The notes beneath the pieces were generated by a model. The model worked only from the letters and a program-made list of their open reading frames with translations, did no database searches and was not told the DNA's origin. Below, piece after piece: positions 32,687-42,626 of a stretch of DNA of 64,000 nucleotides. The translations under genes were made by a program, and so were the position numbers. The stretch lies in the NCBI GenBank assembly GCA_963819815.1, contig CAWFXL010000001.1, positions 1,152,001 through 1,216,000 on the forward strand. The letters are read 5' to 3'. The number at the start of each line of letters is the position of its first letter. Within the stretch, counting starts at the first letter, position 1. The DNA comes from an uncultured bacterium (GTDB taxonomy: Bacteria; Babelota; Babeliae; Babelales; Babelaceae).

Positions 32687-35508
32687 GCAAGGACTCCTTC
32701 TTGGTCAACAAGGTCTAGAAGCCCTTGGCGCTTTTCTGGTGAAGACGAACGTGCTGGTTTTGTTTCTAGCGGAGAATCGTCCAAGTTGGCTTGTTTACGC
32801 TGTGAGGCATCTATGTACCGTTGTTGTGTAGCCACAAACTTATCAAGAGCGCTGGCCTGTTTCTCTTTATGATCACTGAAGAACCATCGATGTATAGGGT
32901 CACGTTTTTCAGAGCGCGAGCGCATAGAATACAGTGAGTCTTTAATGTCATTGATATGTCCAAAGGTATAGGTTTCAACGACCTCAGGTTTGATAATCTC
33001 AGGGCAAATGAGAATGAGAAGACTTGTGCGTTCAACAGTTTTCTTTTTACTCTTAAAGAGCCATCCAAGAAGCGGTATATCACCTAGAACAGGTACTTTT
33101 TGAATGGTCTCTGAGATCGTATCTTGGATAAAGCCGCCAAGAGCAAGAACCTCGCGGTTGGCAAGGAGTGCTTCGGTACTTATTTTTCGAATAATACGGT
33201 TCTGTGTAGTAGCATCGGTAAATTGGCCGAGCTCAACGTATACATTGAGATCAACCATATCATCATAACTTATCTGCGGGGTGATGACGATTCTAAGATC
33301 TGCAGAGAGGTCACCTTGAGCCTGAGTCTGGGTTTGACCTGTTACGATTGAGGTAGTAGTACGTCGCGTTTCCCCCACTTTAAATTCAGCCTTGTATTTA
33401 TGAGTTGCGATAAGGAACGGGTTAGCAACGACGCTGGTTCGCGTATATGATTCAAGTGCTTGCAACAGGCCGAAGAAGCCAAACATGTCTTGTCCGAGGG
33501 TCACCAAGGTACTTCCTGCCTGAAATGGTGAAACCCCATTGACACTGTTTGCAAGATTAATCAGATTGCCAAGTAGGCGCACTGCTCCGTTAGGAACTTG
33601 AGTGGGAGTCGTTCCTGAAGGAGGATTGGTAATGATAGGTCCAAGCATTGAAGTTTGGAAGTTAATATTGTTTTTTCCTAGGATGCTATCAAGGCCTCCA
33701 GTTCCGTCGCAGCAGGCTACACTATTTCTTAATTGAGTTCCTAACTCATTGGTATTGGTAAGATCAACGTTAAGAATAAGAATCTTGATGATCACTTGGG
33801 GCTGCTCGACATCAAGTTTTTGAATGACCTCTCTCAGTTTGAGGAACTCTTCATAATCAGCATTGATAATGAGCCTGTTAGCTGATGGTTCATCGGTAAT
33901 TCTTACGGTAGGTTTAAAGAACTTATTGCCATCGCGGACACCCCCCACGAGGGCGGGCGCAGTGTTAGCAGGATAGGAGTTAAACTTCTGTATGACTTCG
34001 TTTAATATTTTTGCAAGCGAAGTTGCGTCGATGTATTTAAGTTGAATGATATGTAATGGAGAAAACGGTAATTCAAGTGTCTTGTCGACATAGGTTTTCA
34101 CAAAGTCTTCAAAGCGCTTAATATTTTCGTGTGTACCTAAAACGATGAGCGAGTTGGTATAAGGCTCCTCAAATACTCGGGTAGCTTCAGTAAAGTATTG
34201 TGTGGTACTCGGTTTTCTCTGGCGCATATAGGGATTGAATGTGGCGCTCTTCGGGTCTTTTCCAATTAATCGATAATAGAGCTCTCGAACTTCACGTGCA
34301 TCTGTATGTTTTAATCGGATGATGGAGAGAGTTTCGGGTAATGTTACTTGGTCGATTTCCCTGAGAATGCCCATGACCGATTTAATATTTGCGGCCTTAT
34401 CAGTGATGATAACAGCACGTAGTGCTGGTACTTCGATAATAGGTGCAGAAGAGCCACTTTTAAGTTGTTCAATTATTTGAACAACCGTAGAGAGATCGGC
34501 GTTCTCTGCAAAGTATACATACCGAATTTTTGCATCGGTGTTTGGAAGTAACTCAGGATCGATGCCGATAAAGGTAGGCATCGGTTCACGGTTAGCAGAT
34601 GGTTTATCTCGTGAGGCGCTTGCAGTGACTCGGTACGTTCGTGGCTGTGTTGCAGGAATAATAGAGAACCCAGCCATTTCAAGGAAGGTAAGTCCAATAT
34701 CCCAGGCCTCCTTCAGTGAAAGGGGGACCATAGACTTAAAAGTTATTTTAGTACCCGCTAACGGTTGGAGCCCCTCTGCACGATTAGGCTCGACATAATC
34801 ATCTAGAATAAACGTAATGTTAAGAACATCTGAAAGGAATTTAAGCAGCTCGGAAATTTCTTCATTATCAAAATTCATTTCAACACGTTCTTCAGGATCA
34901 GCCCCTTTCCAGGGCTCGAGATACTGTCCTAAATAAATAGCTCCCGATGCGGTAAGTTTTTTAAGTGCTTGCTCATTCTCCTGTTTTTGCTCTTGATCAG
35001 TAAGCGAAGGAAGCTCTCCTGGTAAGGTAACATCGGCCATAGTGACCGTTGGCACCAGCTCATGTTCACGCTTAGAGGGAGCTACTTTGCCTGACTTGCT
35101 ACCTTTTTTAGACTTGCCAGGAGGTACCGGTTTGTGCTGCACTTGGGGAATATCAATGATATCAAGCACATCCTGCGCTGGCTTTCGTTTGGTTTCTTTA
35201 GGCTGATCTTTTTGGTCGCCAAGCGCAGGTACCGAACCAAAAGGAATATTCGTAATTTCAACATTTCCACCCGCAACAGATTCTTTTTGGGGCTTAGCGG
35301 GTTCTCCACCCTTTGGCTCTTGGGGGGGCTTTTCAGGAGAAGTTTCTGGCGCGGAGGGAGCAGTAGATACAGAGGGTAGCATGTCACTAAGCTTACCTAC
35401 GTTATCTTGGCTGCTTGGGCTTTCGACGGCTGTCTCAGCCTTAAGGTGAGCTAATCCGCCAACAAGAAGAACCAACATTAAGGTCAAGCGAATGAGCATG
35501 TACTTCAT
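32683..35508 (-). CDS. gspD: secretin (GspD-like), paralog 1 with long Pro/Lys-rich N-terminal extension
   Basis: MNFDNEEI N0, LKHTDA/LKYIDA N-domains, LDVEQPQV, VLALGGFI, KVPVLGDIPLLGWLF. Confidence 0.9.
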   Translation of the reverse strand: MKYMLIRLTLMLVLLVGGLAHLKAETAVESPSSQDNVGKLSDMLPSVSTAPSAPETSPEKPPQEPKGGEPAKPQKESVAGGNVEITNIPFGSVPALGDQKDQPKETKRKPAQDVLDIIDIPQVQHKPVPPGKSKKGSKSGKVAPSKREHELVPTVTMADVTLPGELPSLTDQEQKQENEQALKKLTASGAIYLGQYLEPWKGADPEERVEMNFDNEEISELLKFLSDVLNITFILDDYVEPNRAEGLQPLAGTKITFKSMVPLSLKEAWDIGLTFLEMAGFSIIPATQPRTYRVTASASRDKPSANREPMPTFIGIDPELLPNTDAKIRYVYFAENADLSTVVQIIEQLKSGSSAPIIEVPALRAVIITDKAANIKSVMGILREIDQVTLPETLSIIRLKHTDAREVRELYYRLIGKDPKSATFNPYMRQRKPSTTQYFTEATRVFEEPYTNSLIVLGTHENIKRFEDFVKTYVDKTLELPFSPLHIIQLKYIDATSLAKILNEVIQKFNSYPANTAPALVGGVRDGNKFFKPTVRITDEPSANRLIINADYEEFLKLREVIQKLDVEQPQVIIKILILNVDLTNTNELGTQLRNSVACCDGTGGLDSILGKNNINFQTSMLGPIITNPPSGTTPTQVPNGAVRLLGNLINLANSVNGVSPFQAGSTLVTLGQDMFGFFGLLQALESYTRTSVVANPFLIATHKYKAEFKVGETRRTTTSIVTGQTQTQAQGDLSADLRIVITPQISYDDMVDLNVYVELGQFTDATTQNRIIRKISTEALLANREVLALGGFIQDTISETIQKVPVLGDIPLLGWLFKSKKKTVERTSLLILICPEIIKPEVVETYTFGHINDIKDSLYSMRSRSEKRDPIHRWFFSDHKEKQASALDKFVATQQRYIDASQRKQANLDDSPLETKPARSSSPEKRQGLLDLVDQEGVLA

Positions 35509-36719
35509 GAGTTAGCTCCTGCTGATAAGGAAGGTGAAGGCATGTTTTCAGGTCTTCCTCCATACCGTTTCATTGCATCAAGATCACGCTTTTTAATATC
35601 TTTTATATCGTTGCGCGCGGGCGTAGTTGGAGCTTGTGGTAGTACGGGAGCTACTTGAGCAACCGAAGGCCCATTTTTTGGTACGTCGTTCTGAGCTACT
35701 GGCTTCTTAGCTGCTACTGGTTGCGAAGGGCTCGGAGCTCTGCGTTGCGTACCGTCATCTTCTGTATCGAGCCTTGCTGTTGGATCTGCAATATTAAAAA
35801 GTGTATACGTGTTTACATTGAGGGTATTATGGCGCATATATTGAACAGGTATCTGGGCACCTAGTTCAAGTGATGCTATCTCATTAAAGAGAGCCATGCG
35901 CTCAGCTGATGAAACGGGAGCTGTTGAAAGGATCTTGGTAATAATATCTCCAGGCTCAAAGCCACCTGCAAAGCCGATCGATGTTTTCTTCATCTTGCCT
36001 ATTCGTACCCCAGCCGGCTTCCCTGCGCGGGATACGGTAGTGAGGTCGAGCATTTCAATAAGGTCTGCAAGGGAATTCACACGAGACTTAAACTCTGTAG
36101 GATTTATTAGGAAACTATGCTCACTTTGTTGTTGTAGTACTTCTGACCAACTTGTATCTTGCAGGATGGTAGTATCTTCTTTGGCCTCGTTTGAGTAAAC
36201 ATATATCGTTTCTTGCTGTCCGTTTGATCGTACTACAAGAACTTTTTTCGGTAAGATTCGTAAGATGTAGGCATCGAGTACTTTGTCACCGACTTTGAAC
36301 GACTCAGTCTTTCCTGTATTGGTGTTAACAAAAGATACCTGAGATTTCATTTCGTTGTTTGATCCGATAATACCGGAAATTTTGAGTGGTAATGGCTTTA
36401 AAAATTGAATAGCCTGTTTAGGTTTGCTCCTTACCGGAATACGTGCGGGTGGTGTAGGAATAGCTGGAAGTGTTTCTAAGGATTTGATGGGTATAATAGC
36501 GGGACGATAGGTGCCAAAAAGATCGTGTTCTTCGTAAATAACACTGACATCTCGCGGTGCTGCTTCTTCTTTCTTGCCAACTTCAGGTATCGCGGTAACT
36601 TTGATAGCAGCGGCCTTTGGAGCTATAAAAAGTGATTTCATGGAATAGAGGATGAATGCAAAAAGTGCCACAAGGATTATCGCGAATAAACTTGTGATAA
36701 TCCACAGAGGGCTTTTCAT
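35505..36719 (-). CDS. GspC-like protein with PDZ-like domain
   Basis: N-terminal TM, HR domain (LKISGII, FKVGDKV), GFEPGDII PDZ motif; directly upstream of a secretin. Confidence 0.75.
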   Translation of the reverse strand: MKSPLWIITSLFAIILVALFAFILYSMKSLFIAPKAAAIKVTAIPEVGKKEEAAPRDVSVIYEEHDLFGTYRPAIIPIKSLETLPAIPTPPARIPVRSKPKQAIQFLKPLPLKISGIIGSNNEMKSQVSFVNTNTGKTESFKVGDKVLDAYILRILPKKVLVVRSNGQQETIYVYSNEAKEDTTILQDTSWSEVLQQQSEHSFLINPTEFKSRVNSLADLIEMLDLTTVSRAGKPAGVRIGKMKKTSIGFAGGFEPGDIITKILSTAPVSSAERMALFNEIASLELGAQIPVQYMRHNTLNVNTYTLFNIADPTARLDTEDDGTQRRAPSPSQPVAAKKPVAQNDVPKNGPSVAQVAPVLPQAPTTPARNDIKDIKKRDLDAMKRYGGRPENMPSPSLSAGANS

Positions 36720-36883
36720 ACAATAGTATCCTTGCTAACCTGCTTATCCGAATTCGATCATTCTTCCTAGCATAGTTTACTGTAAGTTATATTTTTGTAA
36801 ACTTTACCCACAGGTTTTGTAAGCGTTTTCAGATTTTCTTTAAAAGCATCAAGAGATACTTTTATGGACCTTGACACAAAAAA

Positions 36884-37849
36884 TTATGGTGTCGGAACGG
36901 TAAGCAAAATTTTCTTAATAAGAATATCAGGTGTGATATTTTCAGCCTCGGCGTCTACCGTGAGTACGATACGATGCCTTAAAATAGGCAGTGCAACTGC
37001 TTTAACATCATCAGGGGTTACAAACGTTCTCTTTTTTAGGAACGCGTGAGCGCGACTTGCTTTATGCAGAGCCAGGGTTGCTCGCGGAGATACTCCGTAC
37101 AATATATATTTTCTCAACTCTTCTAGGCCGTAATTTTGGGGAGCTCTTGTTGCAAAGGCAAGAGACACAATGTAGTCAAGAATTTTTTCATCGCAATAGA
37201 TTTGGTCAACCGTTTTTTGAGCAGCGAGGAGTGTTTCTTTATCAAGCACCGGCTTGATTTCATCAACATCACGGTCTCTTCTCAATATCTCTTTTTCATC
37301 TTGGGGACTTGGATAGTGTATAAGGAGCTTGAACATAAAACGATCTACCTGTGCCTCTGGCAATCTATAGGTTCCTTCTTGTTCAAGTGGGTTCTGTGTT
37401 GCAAACACTAAAAAGGGACGATCAAGCATAAAGGTTGTTGAGCCAATGGTGACCTGATGTTCTTGCATAGCTTCAAGTAGCGCAGCTTGTACTTTTGCAG
37501 GTGCCCTATTTATTTCATCGGCAAGAATTAAGTTCGCGAAAATGGGCCCCTGTTTGATTTCAAAGTCTGCAATTTTTTGATTGTAGATGGGTGTTCCAAT
37601 AAGATCAGAAGGAAGTAGATCAGGAGTAAATTGTATGCGCTTGAAAGAAAGACCCATGGCTTTGGTAAGCGCTTTAATCATCGTTGTTTTTGCGACTCCT
37701 GGTACCCCTTCGAGCAAGATGTGTCCATCACACAAGATACCAAGAAGCATGTAATGAATGGTGTCATGTTGTCCGATGATAACTTTTCCAACTTCATCGG
37801 TGAGTTTCTGAAACGCGGTACTTTGTTCAGTAATGGTAGTATCGGTCAT
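36884..37849 (-). CDS. moxR: MoxR family AAA+ ATPase
   Basis: HILLEGVPGVAKT, RIQFTPDLLPSD, ADEINRAP, ATQNPLEQEGTY.LPEAQ.DRF. Confidence 0.95.
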   Translation of the reverse strand: MTDTTITEQSTAFQKLTDEVGKVIIGQHDTIHYMLLGILCDGHILLEGVPGVAKTTMIKALTKAMGLSFKRIQFTPDLLPSDLIGTPIYNQKIADFEIKQGPIFANLILADEINRAPAKVQAALLEAMQEHQVTIGSTTFMLDRPFLVFATQNPLEQEGTYRLPEAQVDRFMFKLLIHYPSPQDEKEILRRDRDVDEIKPVLDKETLLAAQKTVDQIYCDEKILDYIVSLAFATRAPQNYGLEELRKYILYGVSPRATLALHKASRAHAFLKKRTFVTPDDVKAVALPILRHRIVLTVDAEAENITPDILIKKILLTVPTP

Positions 37850-38182
37850 AGTTTTTCTCTCATGATAGCCTGGGTATGTAGTTTATAGTGGCAGTATACC
37901 ATAGATTCTTATGACGTTCTACTTGCGAATAATTATAAGGGTGGGAATATGAGCGATTGTTTTTAAAAATAAACTTATTTTTTGGTCTGCAACTTGTATA
38001 AAGACTGATCATATTAAAGTGTCTTCGGCGTAGTTGGCTCTCGCAGTTAGGGTGTCTTTATCCGACATCACCTCACCTATCCTAACTATATCGTCACATT
38101 AGTTAAAAACTTGTTCCCGATAGGTCTTGCCAAGCAAAGAAGAGCTTCTTCATACCCCTTACGCCAGATGGCATTCCTCTAG

Positions 38183-38226
38183 ATCTCGTAATCCCACAAG
38201 TAATTTGCCTTGTGGGATTACGAGAT
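38183..38226. terminator. perfect 18-bp hairpin (terminator or REP-like)
   Basis: ATCTCGTAATCCCACAAG / CTTGTGGGATTACGAGAT with an 8-nt loop, ~100 bp downstream of the stop at 38332. Confidence 0.55.
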
Positions 38227-38331
38227 TAAGTATCATTTTGCAAAATCATATCATAGAATACTATGTTCTAAAGGCTTTAAACCAAAAGAGCTTCTAATAC
38301 TCAAAGAAAATTCGTGTAAGGGATACAAAGA

Positions 38332-39690
38332 CTATCTTGCAACAGTAGCCTGCCACTGAGCGTGCAAGCCATTAAAGAGTAATTGTGCACGTTCTGCAAT
38401 AAGAGCATAGTACATATAATTAGCCCTATAGGTTACACATCCCTCAAAGTTACCGGGCTCCAACGAATTCCTTGCACTTATAATAATTTCTTTTACTGCC
38501 TCTACAATGGCGGTAAACGCCTCTAAAGGGGATGCTTGCGAGAAAGAATGTATGCTTCTCTGAAATACAATAGCTTTATGGGCTAGATCGGAAGCTCCAC
38601 TTTCAATGCCAGAAACTGCTAACCTTGCGTGTTCAAGTTTTTGCATCATATTCGGAGCATATGTTTGCAGCGACACCCTGCATTCATCGAGATTCCTTTG
38701 GCATTGCTTTTGCTCTTCTATGAATGTCTGAAGGGTGGAAGCTACGGCATTGCCCGAAACTTGGGAATGGATATTTATTGAAGAATTTGCACATGCTTCA
38801 TAAAACCCTGGCAAGAACGCTTGTGCTTCAGGTGTCTGGGCATCAAAAGAAAATAGCTGAGCCATTTTGAAATACTTGGTGTTACCAAACTCAGCCTCTA
38901 CAGGATTAACGATAGCATCATAAGCACTCTTACGACTTTCAGCGCGCTGGCGTGCACCTGCTCCATGCAAGATTACATCTGTATGATACACTAGATTATT
39001 CAAAGCATCTAAGCGAGTTTTTGAAGCTACAAATTCCGCAAACATTGTTCTCAGATTCCTCTCTCTTGTGTCAATAAAATCGAGAGTTTTTGTCAGCTTC
39101 ACGAGTCCTTGTATGAATTCATCGCTGGCCCCCAAACGAGCTGAGATACTTTCAGGGTGCCGTACAAAATACTCTGCTGCATTTGTCTTAAAACTACCCT
39201 GTGCTTGTAGAAGCATTTTTTCAAATGGCTCAAATGAAAGCTCTGCAAGCGCACGCTGCACAGCTTCTGGAGAATTTTTTGTGAGAGCTAACCGATTTCT
39301 GTTCGCTTCTAGGCTCATAGCAAGGTTGCTTAATCCGCCCATGAGCTGAGTAATGAGCTCACGTAAATCAATGTGAGTAACCATGAGTGCTGTGAGGAAT
39401 TGATCTTCTTGAGTACCTTCAAACTTGTCGACAGATTCTCGGATGCTCGTAATTATTTTTGTATAGTCGGTGGTTTGACCCAAACAATTCAATAAGATCG
39501 GCATGTTTTCGCATAAAGCTTTCTCGGCTTGCAGTGTAGTACACGTAAGAGGCATAAGGGGATACAACATCTCTCTGCAGGATTTATAGTTCTCGACTGG
39601 CTGCTTTCGTACCAGAGTACTTTGGCATGCTCTTCCTTGACCATAATTTGCACATACGATCAATGTAATCGCTAGAATTTGTTTTTTCAT
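38332..39690 (-). CDS. secreted alpha-helical hypothetical protein, paralog A
   Basis: Signal peptide MKKQILAI...YGQGRACQ; collinear similarity with 40133..41494. Confidence 0.8.
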   Translation of the reverse strand: MKKQILAITLIVCANYGQGRACQSTLVRKQPVENYKSCREMLYPLMPLTCTTLQAEKALCENMPILLNCLGQTTDYTKIITSIRESVDKFEGTQEDQFLTALMVTHIDLRELITQLMGGLSNLAMSLEANRNRLALTKNSPEAVQRALAELSFEPFEKMLLQAQGSFKTNAAEYFVRHPESISARLGASDEFIQGLVKLTKTLDFIDTRERNLRTMFAEFVASKTRLDALNNLVYHTDVILHGAGARQRAESRKSAYDAIVNPVEAEFGNTKYFKMAQLFSFDAQTPEAQAFLPGFYEACANSSINIHSQVSGNAVASTLQTFIEEQKQCQRNLDECRVSLQTYAPNMMQKLEHARLAVSGIESGASDLAHKAIVFQRSIHSFSQASPLEAFTAIVEAVKEIIISARNSLEPGNFEGCVTYRANYMYYALIAERAQLLFNGLHAQWQATVAR

Positions 39691-40132
39691 GGAGATCATC
39701 CTTTTCTTGTTACATATAGTTATTTTGTTTTACTATGGCCTTCATTGGCCGTCTCTAAGATTATTCTAAATTTTATTAATAGTAAAATTTAGAATAGGAA
39801 GTGTGCTGCAAAATGTTGGTCACATAAAGAGTAACAAGGGAGTAAGGAGGCTGAAGCTTGTATTTGAGAATCTAGATCAATTTTGCATACCGCAACCACA
39901 GCTCATGCTCTTATATAAATTTGTTTTCCTTTTGTTGCCTACGATTATGTTGCTATTTCTTCCCAAGCAATAGCTCTATGGTGACAGCCAGTTTCTGCGG
40001 TTGAGCACCGTTGTCCCGATGCTCTATGCATCTTGTCAACAAAGTAAGGTTTTCCTCGTTCCGAGATATTAAGACCCCACAAGGCTTAACCAAGGCTTCT
40101 CGTACTCAGAAAGTTTTGCGTATAGTGAAGAA

Positions 40133-41494
40133 CTATTTTGTAACTGCAGTCTGCCACTGGGCCTGCAAGCCTTTAATAAGTAATTGTGTACGTTCTGCAA
40201 TAAGTGCATAGTGTTCATAATCAGCCTTATAGGTTGTGCACTCCTCAACGCTACCTGGTTTCAACACAAATCTTGCGCCAGTAATAATTTCCTTTGCTGC
40301 CTCCACAATAGCCCTAAACGCCTCTAAGGGAGATGCTTGCGAGAAATAATGCATGCTTTCCTGAAACGCAATAATATTATGGGCGAGATCCGGAATTTTC
40401 CGTTGAATGCTACTAGCTGCTAACCTTATTTGTTCCAGTTTGTTCATAATCTCTGGAACATCTGATTGCATCATTAACCTGTATTTATCGAGGCTCTCTT
40501 CGCAGACATTCTGCTCATCACTTAGTGATTTAAGGGTGGTGGCTAGAGCATTACCTGTATATCTGGAAAGGGTATTTACTGAAGAGTTTGCGCAGGCCTC
40601 ATAAACCCTTGGCAACAATGCTTGTGCTTGGGGTGTCTGGGCATTGAAAGAAAACTGATGAGCCATTATGAAATAAAGGTTGTCACCATGCTCGGCCTCC
40701 GCGGAATTAACGATAGTATCATAATCCTTCTTACGGTTTTCAGCTCGCCCCAACGGTGCTCCATGCAACATTACTTCTGTATGATAGAGTACATTATTTA
40801 AAATATCTAGACGAGTTTTTTTAGCTATATACTCCGCAAATATTGCTCTCAGTTTACTCTCACATGCATTGCAATGATCGAACATTTTTGCGAGGCCATT
40901 GAGTCGCTGAATCCATGCATCGCAGGATCCTAAACGAGCAGATATACTTTCAGGATGCCCTATAAAATATGCTGCAGGGTTTGTTGCAAAACTTTGTTGT
41001 GCTTGTAGAAGTATTTTTTCAAAGGGCTCTGATGAAAGCTCTGCGAGTGCGCGCTCCACTGCCTCTGGAGAATTTTTTGTGAGAGCTAACCTGTTCTTGT
41101 TTGCTTCTAAGCTCATACCAAGGTTGCTTAATTGACCCATGAACTGAGTAATGAGCTGATGAAAATCTACGTGAGAAAGCATGAGTGCTGTAAGATAGCG
41201 GTCTTCTTGAGATCCCTCAGATGTGTCGACAAATTCTCGGATGCTTGGATTTTTTGCAAAGCTAGTAGTTTGATCTAGATAATCCAACAGAACCGGCATA
41301 TTGTCGCGAAAGGTTTTCTCGGCCTGCAGCGGCATATAGCCCCATATGCCCGTATCATAGTAGCTAACTGGAAGGCCTTGCACCGTTGAGTAACACATAT
41401 TTGGCTGATCTTCCACCAAAGTATTTTGGCATGCTCTTCCTTGGCCATAGTGTAAGCATATGAGAAAGAGGATCGCTAGAATTTGTTTTTTCAT
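40133..41494 (-). CDS. secreted alpha-helical hypothetical protein, paralog B
   Basis: Shares blocks such as MSLEAN.NRLALTKNSPEAV, HPESISARLG, FSQASPLEAF with paralog A. Confidence 0.8.
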   Translation of the reverse strand: MKKQILAILFLICLHYGQGRACQNTLVEDQPNMCYSTVQGLPVSYYDTGIWGYMPLQAEKTFRDNMPVLLDYLDQTTSFAKNPSIREFVDTSEGSQEDRYLTALMLSHVDFHQLITQFMGQLSNLGMSLEANKNRLALTKNSPEAVERALAELSSEPFEKILLQAQQSFATNPAAYFIGHPESISARLGSCDAWIQRLNGLAKMFDHCNACESKLRAIFAEYIAKKTRLDILNNVLYHTEVMLHGAPLGRAENRKKDYDTIVNSAEAEHGDNLYFIMAHQFSFNAQTPQAQALLPRVYEACANSSVNTLSRYTGNALATTLKSLSDEQNVCEESLDKYRLMMQSDVPEIMNKLEQIRLAASSIQRKIPDLAHNIIAFQESMHYFSQASPLEAFRAIVEAAKEIITGARFVLKPGSVEECTTYKADYEHYALIAERTQLLIKGLQAQWQTAVTK

Positions 41495-41690
41495 GAGGGG
41501 GTCCTTATTACATATAGTTATTTTGTTTCACTACGACCTTCATTGGCCACCTCTAAGATTATAATAACTTTTATTAATAGCAATATTTAGAATAGGAAGT
41601 ATGTTAGTCACATAACGAGTGGCAAGGGATAAGAAGTCTAAAGTTAGTATTTGAGAATCTAAATCAAGTTTAAAGGAGTGAAACTACAAC

Positions 41691-42017
41691 TTATGCTTTT
41701 GTGTAAATTTGTTTTCCTTCACGCTTCACCTTGAAACAGAGCGAAAACATATCTGTTGTTTGCTCTTCAAATTCCACTTTCGTGTACAACAAAAGATCTT
41801 TGGCAATTCCTAGATTAAAAAGTGCCAAGTACCCTTCAAAAAGTAGTCCATTTCGATCTTTAGCGAGTTCGTTAACAATGATTAATACATCGAGATCACT
41901 ATCCTCTGTTGGCACACCCCATGCATATGAACCAAAAAGATAGATCTTGAGAGGGTTATATGTTTCAATGAGACTTCTTTTTGCGGCGCTGATTAAATGC
42001 TCGGTTGCACTTATCAT
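41691..42017 (-). CDS. minimal nucleotidyltransferase (MNT) antitoxin-like, orphan
   Basis: IYLFGSYAWG.PTEDSDLDVL; GGAGG SD before ATG 42017. Confidence 0.88.
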   Translation of the reverse strand: MISATEHLISAAKRSLIETYNPLKIYLFGSYAWGVPTEDSDLDVLIIVNELAKDRNGLLFEGYLALFNLGIAKDLLLYTKVEFEEQTTDMFSLCFKVKREGKQIYTKA

Positions 42018-42305
42018 ATTTACCTCCAAATCTCCTCAGGCTAGTGTTTAATTGTGCGATGAAATAATCTACTTTTTTTGAATATTCTACATATCCTATC
42101 TATCAGGAAGAAGTATATCAAAGTGAGCTTAATGCTTACAACTTTATTAGTTCAGATGTTGTGATTTAAAGATCTCTTTTCTCGGAACTTTGAGAGCATC
42201 AGAAAATACTCATGCTAACTCGAAGCAATGTTTTGAAAAAGAAATGTATTCATGGTATACTCGCTGCCATGGGACCTATACTTGTATACCTCATGAAAGG
42301 ACACC

Positions 42306-42626
42306 ATGATTAACAGAGATATGATTGAATTAGTGAAAAATAAACTTGTAGAAACGTATAATCCTCAAGCTATCTATCTTTTTGGTTCATATGCATGGGG
42401 AATGCCAGATGATGAAAGTGACCTTGATCTTCTTATAGTAGTCGATGCACTGACTGACACACATTACAAAATGCTAGTGGATGGTCATATGGCACTTTTA
42501 CGGTTAGATGTTTCAAAAGATCTGTTGCTGTATACCAAAGAACAGTTTGACGTGCTTTCACAAGACAATATGACCTTCTGTTATAAAATCAAACAAAGAG
42601 GGATTAAGATTTATGCAAAAGCATAG
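42306..42626 (+). CDS. MNT antitoxin of MNT-HEPN pair
   Basis: IYLFGSYAWG.PDDESDLDLL; overlaps the HEPN gene. Confidence 0.9.
   Translation: MINRDMIELVKNKLVETYNPQAIYLFGSYAWGMPDDESDLDLLIVVDALTDTHYKMLVDGHMALLRLDVSKDLLLYTKEQFDVLSQDNMTFCYKIKQRGIKIYAKA

Noticed and set aside
38010..38180. Possible riboswitch, tmRNA or gene remnant upstream of moxR (short minus-strand peptides MKKLFFAWQDL..., MSDKDTL...)
   Set aside because: No complete consensus for any RNA family recognised; peptides too short to support a call
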